Positions 26,970 to 36,588 of a stretch of DNA of 64,000 bases are shown here, piece by piece. Source of the stretch: Blastocatellia bacterium (GTDB lineage Bacteria; Acidobacteriota; Blastocatellia; RBC074); assembly GCA_036565725.1 (NCBI GenBank), contig DATCXQ010000925.1, positions 2,594 through 66,593 of the forward strand. Reading direction: 5' to 3'. The stretch's first letter is position 1. Every line of letters begins with the position of its first letter. The notes under the pieces were generated by a model. The model was given only the letters and a program-made list of their open reading frames with translations, did not search any database and had not been told where the DNA came from. The position numbers and the translations under genes are program-made.

Positions 26970-28277
26970 ATGAAACAAATTCGTGGTATAGCCTTGGCTG
27001 TTGTCGCTCTTTTCGGTTCGACTCTTGGAAGCCCTCCTCCTGTGGGAATTACACTGATTGGCAAAGGTTTGGTTCCCGGCGGCGCGCTCGACAAGTCTGG
27101 TCTTACAGGCAATATCTGCCAGGCGGGAAACCCTGCTAATTGCGTTTCCAAGGCGCTGTTTGGCGGCTTTGGCTCCGCGCTGACGTATACAGGCCATAAC
27201 CATGTTTATATTGCCGCGCCGGATCGTGGTCCGTTCGACGGTCTGACCGACGTCCCGTACCTCGATCGCGTTCACTTTCTCAAGATCACAACCGCCACAG
27301 GCTCTCCATTCCCGAACATCAACGTCGCGCTGTTAGACACGCGTTTACTCAGGAACGAACGCGGTCAAGTTTTAGTCGGCGCGGCCGGGGCTTTTAACCA
27401 GAACAACGATCGCCGCGCCTTGCGGTTCGATCCAGAGGGGATTCGAGTCGGATTGTTTGGAACCTTCTTCATCTCGGATGAGTATGGTCCGGATATCTTT
27501 GAGTTTAATCTCTTCGGGCGCCTGTTGCGTCGCCTCAACATTCCTTCAAAGTTTGAGATCGACGCCCCGAGCGACGACCCTAACGCCGAATTGTTGCTCA
27601 ACACGTCGGGACGCCAGGGCAATCGAGGCATGGAGGGTCTGGCGATCAGCCCCAATGACAGGTTTCTGTTCGGGATAATGCAAAACGCCCTGCTTCAGGA
27701 TAATGGGCTCAACCCGGGGACGACTGACCGCCGTGGCCTGAACAACCGCATCCTTAAAATCGATCTCCTGACGGGAAGAAAGCATGAATACGTCTACGTG
27801 TTAGACGCAATCAACCGCGGCCAGGGCGTGAGCGAGATTCTCGCAATCAACGATCATGAATTTCTGGTCATCGAACGAGACAACAGGTCTAACCTGCAAA
27901 CGCCGCCTCAAGCCCCGACGAGAAAAACAATATACAAGATTGATATCAACGGGGCGACGGATGTCTCCGGGGTTGACTCCCTTCCGGCCGGCCCGTTACC
28001 CGAGGACATCACGCCTGTCAAAAAGACGTTGTTCATCGACCTGCTGGACCCCACCTTCAACCTTGCGCCCACAATCGCCGAGAAGATTGAAGCGCTTGCC
28101 TGGGGCCCGGACCTTCCTGACGGCAGGCACGTGCTCTACATAGTCAGCGACAATGATCTGAATCCGAATCTGGACACTCAACTCTACGCTTTCGCGATTG
28201 ACCCTTCGCTAATCGACTTCGAGAAACAGTTCCTTCCGCTACCTGTTTATCCGCCGTGGCTGGTCCCCAGGGACTGA
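26970..28277 (+). CDS. Secreted 'esterase-like activity of phytase' family protein (beta-propeller-like)
   Basis: Signal peptide is MKQIRGIALAVVALFGS. The blocks RFDPEGIRV, FISDEYGP and NRGMEGLAISPN are characteristic of the Phytase-like domain family as I remember it. Confidence 0.65.
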   Translation: MKQIRGIALAVVALFGSTLGSPPPVGITLIGKGLVPGGALDKSGLTGNICQAGNPANCVSKALFGGFGSALTYTGHNHVYIAAPDRGPFDGLTDVPYLDRVHFLKITTATGSPFPNINVALLDTRLLRNERGQVLVGAAGAFNQNNDRRALRFDPEGIRVGLFGTFFISDEYGPDIFEFNLFGRLLRRLNIPSKFEIDAPSDDPNAELLLNTSGRQGNRGMEGLAISPNDRFLFGIMQNALLQDNGLNPGTTDRRGLNNRILKIDLLTGRKHEYVYVLDAINRGQGVSEILAINDHEFLVIERDNRSNLQTPPQAPTRKTIYKIDINGATDVSGVDSLPAGPLPEDITPVKKTLFIDLLDPTFNLAPTIAEKIEALAWGPDLPDGRHVLYIVSDNDLNPNLDTQLYAFAIDPSLIDFEKQFLPLPVYPPWLVPRD

Positions 28278-28295
28278 GATAGGAATTGGCAAGAA

Positions 28296-28432
28296 ACCCT
28301 ATACCGGTTTTCAGGTCTATGAAGACTGTTAGCCACAGAGGTCACAGAGGACACAGAGTTGGTTCACTACTTCTCTGTGTCCTGCGGTGACCTCTGTGGC
28401 TATTCATTCATGTGAAAACCGCGGTATAGGGT
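28296..28432. repeat. Nested palindrome: family F hairpin inside an outer inverted repeat, between convergent genes
   Basis: The outer arm accctataccggttt (28296-28310) pairs with aaaccgcggtatagggt (28416-28432), with a 2-nt indel. The inner arm tagccacagaggtcacagaggacacagag (28330-28358) pairs with ctctgtgtcctgcggtgacctctgtggcta (28373-28402). Confidence 0.85.
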
Positions 28433-28461
28433 CAGAAGGCAAATCAGCAAGCGGCCGCTGA

Positions 28462-29424
<963 letters not shown>

Positions 29425-29437
29425 TTACGTGTGGGCG

Positions 29438-30439
29438 TCAGGCCAGGTTATGGGTTCTCTTCAGATCGGTGAGATCTGCGTCAACCATCGTCCTGACCAG
29501 CTCTTTGAAAGTTATCTTCGGCTCCCATCCGAGTTTTCGCCGCGCCTTTGAAGCGTCGCCGACGAGCAGATCGACCTCGGTCGGCCGGAAATAGCGCGGG
29601 TCAATCTCGACGAACTGCTTCCAGTCGAGGTCGAGGCGCCCGAAGGCTTCGTCGAGAAACTCGCGCACCGAATGCGTCTCGCCTGTCGCGATGACGTAAT
29701 CGTCAGCCTCGTCCTGCTGCAGCATCAGCCACATGGCCTCGACAAAATCTTTGGCGTGGCCCCAATCGCGTTTGGCGTCGAGGTTACCGAGATAAAGTTT
29801 ATTTTGCAGACCGAGTTTGATCGCCGCCGCAGCGCGCGTGATCTTGCGCGTCACGAAAGTCTCGCCGCGACGCTCTGACTCGTGGTTGAACAATACCCCG
29901 TTACACGCGAACAGCTCGTAGCTTTCACGATAATTAACCGTGACCCAGTAAGCGTAAAGTTTGGCGACGCCGTAAGGGCTGCGCGGATAAAACGGGGTCG
30001 TTTCGCGCTGAGGGACCTCCTGGACCTTTCCGAAAAGCTCTGACGACGATGCCTGATAAAACCGCGTCCCGCGCAACCCGGTTTCGCGTATCGCCTCGAG
30101 CAACCGGAGCGTCCCTAGCGCGCCGACCTCGGCGGTGTATTCCGGGATGTCGAAACTGACGCGCACGTGCGACTGCGCTCCGAGGTTGTAAATCTCGTCG
30201 GGCTGGACGTCGCGCAGAATCTTGTTGAGCGAACTCGCGTCGTTCAGGTCGCCGTAAAGGAGGCGCAGCCGCCGCCCCGACTCGTGCGGGTCCTGGTAGA
30301 TGTGGTCAATGCGTTCGGTGTTGAACGTGCTGGCGCGGCGTATGACGCCATACACGTCATAGCCACGGCCTAGCAACAGCTCGGTCAGATAGCTTCCGTC
30401 CTGGCCGGTGATGCCAGTTATCAACGCTTTCTTCGCCAT
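29438..30439 (-). CDS. gmd: GDP-mannose 4,6-dehydratase
   Basis: The N-terminus [21 protein letters not shown] is followed by [23 protein letters not shown] and [10 protein letters not shown]. These are textbook Gmd blocks. Confidence 0.95.
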   Translation of the reverse strand: MAKKALITGITGQDGSYLTELLLGRGYDVYGVIRRASTFNTERIDHIYQDPHESGRRLRLLYGDLNDASSLNKILRDVQPDEIYNLGAQSHVRVSFDIPEYTAEVGALGTLRLLEAIRETGLRGTRFYQASSSELFGKVQEVPQRETTPFYPRSPYGVAKLYAYWVTVNYRESYELFACNGVLFNHESERRGETFVTRKITRAAAAIKLGLQNKLYLGNLDAKRDWGHAKDFVEAMWLMLQQDEADDYVIATGETHSVREFLDEAFGRLDLDWKQFVEIDPRYFRPTEVDLLVGDASKARRKLGWEPKITFKELVRTMVDADLTDLKRTHNLA

Positions 30440-30716
30440 AATTCTGGGGGCTCCTTCGAGAGTGTTTCAAGAATTGTAGCTTTCGATTTTTGATCTCTGA
30501 AAGATGGTAGCCAAGGGGTGTGAAAGGCCTGATCCACAGCAACCACACGTGAGAACGGCCGCATTTTGCTTCATTACCTACCGCGCGTCAATACAATCAA
30601 CACAAATTGACGCTCAAGACCGCTGCTCGCGCGGCTCGTGTGTTGGGCGAGCCTGGCGGTGGCGTTGAAGCGATTCGGAGAGTCCGCAAAATCGGCGGCC
30701 AATAGAGTTTAAATCG

Positions 30717-30745
30717 TTGACACCCCGAAAGCCATGTGTTATATG
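30717..30745 (+). promoter_or_regulatory. Candidate sigma-70-type promoter facing the polysaccharide locus
   Basis: TTGACA (30717-30722), a 17-nt spacer, then TATATG (30740-30745). It lies about 1.06 kb upstream of the first locus ORF, inside the ORF-free region. Confidence 0.4.
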
Positions 30746-31121
30746 TCCGGCTGTTGAGAATTGATTGTTGCCCTATAGACACTCAAAGCAGGTGTCTATA
30801 CCACTGTACAGTTTGCTGTGCAGTTTATTTATAAAAAGATCGTGGCCCTATAGATGTCTTCAGGGGTGGTCTTGAAACTGCCTTGACTTGTGACGGGTTA
30901 GCTTCCCCCCAAGGCGCACATACCCTGAGACAGAGATGGAGCCAAGATTTTAATCGTGGGAAAATCAATATTATTGATCAGCTAACTTCAGTCAATCAAT
31001 AGTGTGAGCGATCCCAATCTAACTGCGAGCCAAAAAGCTGACACAATCCCGAAAGAATTAGGAAATGCATTGGAGTGACGCATTTGCTCCAGCAGGAGTT
31101 CTTCCAGATGCCAGTCTCTAG

Positions 31122-31188
31122 CTAGGTAGTTATACACTTCCGCCTACCTAGGTAGTTGTACATTTCCCCCCACCAGGGAAAGTGTACA
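31122..31188. promoter_or_regulatory. Three copies of a TRTACAYTTCC box (two direct, one inverted), a candidate operator
   Basis: ctaggtagttatacacttcc (31122-31141) and ctaggtagttgtacatttcc (31148-31167) are direct repeats. ggaaagtgtaca (31177-31188) is an inverted copy, forming a palindrome with repeat 2. Confidence 0.5.
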
Positions 31189-31807
31189 TTCCTCAAAATG
31201 ACCCCTTTGATTCAGCCTGGCGTGTGGGATGGTGAGTTAGTTATAAAGTTGGCATATCTTTTGCCAAACATAACTTCCCCACGAGCCCCGCGCGTCGCTT
31301 AAGGGAAGGAAATTACTGATTTCCCACTAGCGCCTGATGCAAAGAGGAAAATTGATAATTGATTCGTAGCTTCCGACCAAGTCGGTCGGTGTGGCGAATA
31401 GTTATGCCCAGTGCGGTAAATAGCCACACTGAATTACTGGCCAATCATAAAGTTGATCCTTGTAGCAGTAATGTTACCCAGGTTTTTCCATTGAATACTT
31501 TTCGGATATTTCGCAATAGTAGCAGTAAGGACGGGAAGAAAAGGTTCAAATAGGCTTGGAGTAAGTGGTGAAGGATCTGTCCCCAGAACTTTTCCTTACC
31601 TCTGCCGCCCAAGAAAAAAAATAAATACCCCGTCGGTGCCAGCGGGTCGCCACGACGTCCCAATAGGGCTAGTCTTCAGACCAACTAGGACGCTGCCTCG
31701 TCATGAGGTTTCCTTTACGGTATGCCACGCTGGGATAGGTGTGTCTAAATCATTTAGCGCAATGAAATAGCGCAGGTGAATGAAATAACGCAGGTTTAGG
31801 AGGGGTC

Positions 31808-32614
31808 ATGAACAGTCGATCAAAAATCGTCGCTGACATTAGTAACTTACTGAAGATCGTTAGTATCATCGCTTTCTTTCCGTTGATGGCCGGCCAGGTA
31901 TGGGCGCAGGCGCCATCGAAAGCTAAAGGCGAAGTCGTTTCCGCCAGCCAGACTAAAATAAACGGCTTACCCGCAATCTCAGGCATGACAGTTTTTAGTA
32001 GCAACCGAATCCTGACCGGAAGCCATGGCGCGGCTGTTTTAAACCTTGGAAGGCTCGGACGAATCGAATGTGGAGCCGAAACGGATATGACGTTGCGCCT
32101 CTCTGAGACGAGCATCGGCGGAGAGTTGCGATCCAACCGTGTGGTTGTAAGCGCGCGGGCGGGGATCGCCATTTCCATCAATACGGCGAAAAGTGTGGTC
32201 ACCACTGACGGACAACAGCCGGCGGTGTTGACTATCTATGTCGAACGCGAGCGAGCGCGCGTCATCTCTCACGTTGGCGCCGCCAGTGTAGTTTCAACCG
32301 GAGAGGAAGATCGCCAGGCGGGGGGAAAAGACATGTCACAATCGCCACGTGGAGGGGGCTGGAAGCGCGCAGGACTGGTCGCGGGCGCAATCGGCGCCGC
32401 GAGCGCCGCCAAAATTGGCGGTCAGGGAGCGACCGCTGCGACCAACGCCCCGACCTTTTCCGGATTGTTTAAGGCCGGGATCAATTATTCGATAAATCCT
32501 ATGTTTGACAAGGGTCCCGGCTCCGAGGATCCATTCGAGACCTCAATCACCTGCCGCGACAGCGATAAAAAATACTGTCACAAGAAAAGCGGGTACAAGC
32601 CCAAAAGACCTTAA
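31808..32614 (+). CDS. Hypothetical secreted protein, first gene of the polysaccharide locus
   Basis: 268 aa. A strong SD (taGGAGGggtcATG) precedes the start. It has a hydrophobic N-terminal segment (LLKIVSIIAFFPLMAGQVWAQ). The beta-rich middle is faintly FecR-like. The C-terminus has a Gly/Ala-rich stretch followed by a basic tail. Confidence 0.55.
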   Translation: MNSRSKIVADISNLLKIVSIIAFFPLMAGQVWAQAPSKAKGEVVSASQTKINGLPAISGMTVFSSNRILTGSHGAAVLNLGRLGRIECGAETDMTLRLSETSIGGELRSNRVVVSARAGIAISINTAKSVVTTDGQQPAVLTIYVERERARVISHVGAASVVSTGEEDRQAGGKDMSQSPRGGGWKRAGLVAGAIGAASAAKIGGQGATAATNAPTFSGLFKAGINYSINPMFDKGPGSEDPFETSITCRDSDKKYCHKKSGYKPKRP

Positions 32615-32687
32615 GTCGAATTGGACAGACTGAAGTCTGTCCATAACGGGAATCAAGGCGAAAAGACCAAAGTCTGTCCCATAATCA

Positions 32688-33974
32688 ATGACAATAACCT
32701 TCGAATTGCGAAGCCCGGTCTCGAGACTAGCGACTATCGTCGCTGTTATGTGCGGCTGCGCAATCTTTATCAGTTTATCCGCGGCGCGGTTCGTTATCTC
32801 GGTGATTACTGATCCCGAGGCGCGGGCGGAGACGGCGATCATTGAAGGCGCCGCGAATTACTTTCCAAACTCAGCCTGGGCTCAAGCGCGAATGGCGTCC
32901 CGTCTCATCGAATCCGGCGTGGACGTGTCAGAAGATCACGAACGGATTGCGGAACGCGCCGTCTATTACTCGACGCGCGCCGTGGCTCTCGCCCCTCATA
33001 ATTATGAATTCCGGATGCTGTTGGCGGCGGCCAAAGAGTTAAGCGGGGATTTGGCGGAAGCGGAAGTGGAACTGCGCGCCGCCCTCAAACAGGCCCCGCA
33101 TCTAGTAAACGTTCATTGGCGGCTGGGCAATCTGCTTCTCCGCCAAGAAAAGCTGGACGAGGCAGGCGCCGAGTTTCGATTAGCGAGCGAAGCTGATCCC
33201 GAGTTGTTAACACCGACACTCAACCTTTTGTGGCAGGCGTCAGACGGGAAGATTGAAACCCTCAACGCCGCAGTCGGCGCCGCCCCCGAACAGCAACTGG
33301 CGCTCGCGCAATTCTTGGTTGAGCGTGAAAAGTTCGAAGTGGCGGTGAAGATCGCTAACAGTCTCGACCGACGGGCGGCGCTCAATCTCCCGGAAAGCGG
33401 CAAGCTGCTCGATTCGCTTATCTCAGCAGGCCGGATCGATCTGGCGAGTGAACTTTGGCGCAATCTCTCCGGCGCCGAATCCCAGTCGCTAATGCGGAAT
33501 GAGGGCTTCGAGACTCCCATCCGCAGTAATCTCGCTCAGTTCGATTGGAATCTGAGCCAAAGCAAGTACGCCAAGATTGGGATCACAACAGCGACCGCAA
33601 GGACGGGACAGCGCTCGCTCAAAATATCCTATAACGGCATCGACACAACCACCCTCGATAATGAAATCCGCCAACTGGTCAAGGCGCGGCCCGGCGCGCG
33701 TTACACACTGACGTGTTACGTCAAAGCGGAGAGGTTGGTTACCCCCGGCGGGCCGCAGGTCGTCGTGACCTCACAAGGTTCCTCGACGCCCATAGCCGCC
33801 TCGGCGGCGATTGAAGCCGGTTCCTATGATTGGCGAATATTGACGACGGACTTCGTCGCGCCACCCAACGCTCACGCCGTGGTCATTGCCATCAAACAAA
33901 CGCCCCAGTTCAGTTACGTTGACCCGACGAGCGGGACGGTGTGGTTCGATGATTTTGTTTTGGCAGAGCGATAA
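32688..33974 (+). CDS. Membrane-anchored TPR-repeat protein with a C-terminal jelly-roll (CBM4/9-like) domain
   Basis: It has an N-terminal TM segment (LATIVAVMCGCAIFISL). TPR-like helical repeats follow (AEAEVELRAALKQAPHLVNVHWRLGNLLLRQEKLDEAGAEF). The C-terminal beta-rich region ends in GTVWFDDFVLAE, which is typical of carbohydrate-binding modules. Confidence 0.6.
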   Translation: MTITFELRSPVSRLATIVAVMCGCAIFISLSAARFVISVITDPEARAETAIIEGAANYFPNSAWAQARMASRLIESGVDVSEDHERIAERAVYYSTRAVALAPHNYEFRMLLAAAKELSGDLAEAEVELRAALKQAPHLVNVHWRLGNLLLRQEKLDEAGAEFRLASEADPELLTPTLNLLWQASDGKIETLNAAVGAAPEQQLALAQFLVEREKFEVAVKIANSLDRRAALNLPESGKLLDSLISAGRIDLASELWRNLSGAESQSLMRNEGFETPIRSNLAQFDWNLSQSKYAKIGITTATARTGQRSLKISYNGIDTTTLDNEIRQLVKARPGARYTLTCYVKAERLVTPGGPQVVVTSQGSSTPIAASAAIEAGSYDWRILTTDFVAPPNAHAVVIAIKQTPQFSYVDPTSGTVWFDDFVLAER

Positions 33975-33988
33975 CCTCTGCCCCCCAG

Positions 33989-35383
33989 ATGCTGGGTTTT
34001 GAAATGAGCGATTTTCTGGATAATGCCATCGCCGCCAGTTTAATACTCGTCGTCATCTTCGCCGCGTTGGCCCATGGCGTTGTGGAACCATGGTCAATCT
34101 TCGTTTTTGAATTGGCGTCGGTTGTTTTGGCGCTGCTCTGGACGATCAAGGCGGTGGCCGACAGAAAGCTTAGACTGGTCATGCCACAAACGATCTGGCC
34201 CCTTGGGGCGCTGGTTTTGCTCGGACTGGCTCAAAGCGTGTCGTGGAATGACGGCGCAGGCTTCAGGCAGAGCCTCTCGTTAGACGTCGAAAGCACGCGC
34301 GGAACGGTCCTGGTTCTCTGCTCTTTACTGACCCTATCAATCTTAGCCGCCAATTTTCTGAACAGCGAGGTCCGGCTGCTCACGCTGACCCAAGTTCTCA
34401 TCTTCTTCGGCGCGGTTATGGGAGTTTTCGGGCTCGTGCAGTATTTCAGCGGGAGCGCCGATGTTTACTGGACGCGCCACGCCGAGGCCTCCCCGTTCGG
34501 CCCATTCTTCAACCGGGATCACTTTGCCGGCTACATGGAATTGCTCATCGCCCTCCCGGTCGCGCTCATTGCGACGGGCTACGTCCGCGGAGAAAAGAGG
34601 ATGGCGTACGGGATAGCCGCAATGTTTATGGGCGTGGCGGCGATTTTCACGCTCTCGCGCGGCGGGATGATAAGCATATTCGCCGAGATGATTTTCATCG
34701 CGGCGATGAGTTTCAGACGCCATCGCGCGATGACCGCCTCTAAGGGGCCTGGCAAAGCCCGAATAGCTACGGGCGTGGCGGCGGTCGCCGCCATCCTTGC
34801 GGCGATCGTGACTGGCGTGATCTGGATCGGCGCCGAGCCGGTCATCAATCGAATCGCGACCGGCGATCCGAACAGCTCTGACCTGAGCAGGACACAGACA
34901 TTTTACAGCGTCCGCGGCGAAATCTGGGAAAACACATGGACGATGATACGTCAAAACCCGTTGATGGGCGTCGGACTGGGCGCTTACGAAACAGCCTATC
35001 CGATCTACGCCCGGGAAAACGGAATGCAGGGAGTGACCGCGGAGGCCCACAACGATTACTTAGAAATTCTCGCCGTCGGCGGCGTAATCGGCGCAATGTC
35101 GGCCTTGTGGTTCATCTGGGCGCTCTTTCGGGCAATCGGGCGTGGCGTCCGCTCGCCCGACCCGCTGACGGCGGCGATAGCGCTCGGCGGCGGGGCCGGA
35201 CTTTTCGGGCTGCTCGTCCACAGCCTCTTCGATTTCAATCTGCATTTACCAAGTCACGCAACGGTCTTTTTACTTCTTTCAGTGGTGATTTCAAACATAG
35301 GAGCGACGGTCGATGAACCGGTCAAGTCTGAAACCGCGTACCTGTCCGTCGCCACAAGTCTTATTGGGAGGGCCTCGTCATGA
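33989..35383 (+). CDS. O-antigen ligase / polymerase family (Wzy_C) membrane protein
   Basis: 464 aa with more than 10 TM helices. The periplasmic-loop motif is TLSRGGMISIF...EAHNDYLEILAVGGVIG. The stop overlaps the next ATG (ATGA). Confidence 0.8.
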   Translation: MLGFEMSDFLDNAIAASLILVVIFAALAHGVVEPWSIFVFELASVVLALLWTIKAVADRKLRLVMPQTIWPLGALVLLGLAQSVSWNDGAGFRQSLSLDVESTRGTVLVLCSLLTLSILAANFLNSEVRLLTLTQVLIFFGAVMGVFGLVQYFSGSADVYWTRHAEASPFGPFFNRDHFAGYMELLIALPVALIATGYVRGEKRMAYGIAAMFMGVAAIFTLSRGGMISIFAEMIFIAAMSFRRHRAMTASKGPGKARIATGVAAVAAILAAIVTGVIWIGAEPVINRIATGDPNSSDLSRTQTFYSVRGEIWENTWTMIRQNPLMGVGLGAYETAYPIYARENGMQGVTAEAHNDYLEILAVGGVIGAMSALWFIWALFRAIGRGVRSPDPLTAAIALGGGAGLFGLLVHSLFDFNLHLPSHATVFLLLSVVISNIGATVDEPVKSETAYLSVATSLIGRASS

Positions 35384-36546
35384 ATTTCAATAGATTATCT
35401 TATCGATTTTACACAAATATAATTTCATGGGACGGGTGGCGACGCGCGGCGTCTTTGACGGCGCTGGCGCTGGCTGCGGCGGCCGTCTGCGCGTCTTCGA
35501 TCAACGCGCAGCAGAGCCGCGGCGAGAATCAGCCGGAGCAGCCTGCGATTCAAAGCTCGACGTCCGAGATGGGGAACGCCAAAATCCTCAACGCCGCGGA
35601 GAAAGATTATCGGATCTCCCCGGGAGACGTCATCCAGGTTCAGATCGAAGACGCCCCTGAACTTTCACACAATTACCGCGTGAGTTCCTCAGGCCATATC
35701 GAAATGCCGGTGCTCGGCATGGTAGAGGCGCAAAAGAGAACCACCTTTGAGCTGGCCAGACAGATCAGAAAAGGATTGCAAGACGAAGAATACCTGAACA
35801 CGCCGAGCGTCCTGGTCACCATCAAGCAGTACAACAGCCAGACGTTCTTGGTCCAGGGTTCGGTTCGCAGTCCCGGAGTCTTTCAGACCGAAGGGCGACC
35901 ATCGCTGCTGACGATGATCGGCCTGGCCGGAGGACTGACAGCCGATCACGGTTCGACGATCTTCATTCTTCGCCCCAACAAACTTAACCCCAACAAAACA
36001 AAACAACCGGCGCCGATGGCGGACACCCAAATGTCGAGCGTACAAGATCAAACGCCTGATCCCGATCAGTCTACGCAAACCCCGGCGGGCGGGAGCGCTT
36101 CAGCGCCGGCCGAAGACCCCGACTATGAATTGATCAAGGTCAACATCAGCGCGCTCTATAAAGGACAGTTCGATCAAAGGGTGGAGCCGGGAGACATAAT
36201 TAACATCCCGCGCGCGGACGTTTTTTACGTCACCGGCGAGGTTAAGTCTCCGGGTTCGTTCACCTTGAAAGAAGGCACTACCCTGCGCCAGGCCGTCTCG
36301 CTCGCCCAGGGCCTGACTTTCAACGCAAAGGCGTCGAGAGGCGTCATCTTTCGAGAAGACCCTGCGCACGGCTCCCGACAGGAGATCAAGGTGGACATCA
36401 GGGACATCATAAACGGCAAGGAGGATGACATTCCCTTGCAGGCCAACGACGTGGTCATTATTCCTAACAGCAAAACAAAATCCATCGGCGGGATGCTGTT
36501 GATGGCGCTGGGGGTAAACTCCGCAAGATTGCCCGTTCGCTATTGA
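35380..36546 (+). CDS. Outer-membrane polysaccharide export protein (Wza/OPX family: Poly_export plus SLBB)
   Basis: Contains YRISPGDVIQVQIEDAPELSHNYRVSSSGHIEMPVLGMVEA (PES motif region) and a later SLBB-like block GDIINIPRADVFYVTGEVKSPG. An unusual low-complexity linker (KTKQPAPMADTQMSSVQDQTPDPDQSTQTP) is present. Confidence 0.85.
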   Translation: MNFNRLSYRFYTNIISWDGWRRAASLTALALAAAAVCASSINAQQSRGENQPEQPAIQSSTSEMGNAKILNAAEKDYRISPGDVIQVQIEDAPELSHNYRVSSSGHIEMPVLGMVEAQKRTTFELARQIRKGLQDEEYLNTPSVLVTIKQYNSQTFLVQGSVRSPGVFQTEGRPSLLTMIGLAGGLTADHGSTIFILRPNKLNPNKTKQPAPMADTQMSSVQDQTPDPDQSTQTPAGGSASAPAEDPDYELIKVNISALYKGQFDQRVEPGDIINIPRADVFYVTGEVKSPGSFTLKEGTTLRQAVSLAQGLTFNAKASRGVIFREDPAHGSRQEIKVDIRDIINGKEDDIPLQANDVVIIPNSKTKSIGGMLLMALGVNSARLPVRY

Positions 36547-36588
36547 CCGGCGCGCGAAAAGCGCATTAAAAAAATAAGGAAGTGAGCA

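Noticed and set aside
30654-30661. GGCGGTGG resembling the ops/JUMPStart element (GGCGGTAG) of polysaccharide operon leaders
   Set aside because: It has one mismatch and lies upstream of the only plausible promoter in the region. RfaH/ops is an enterobacterial feature with no evidence in this lineage.
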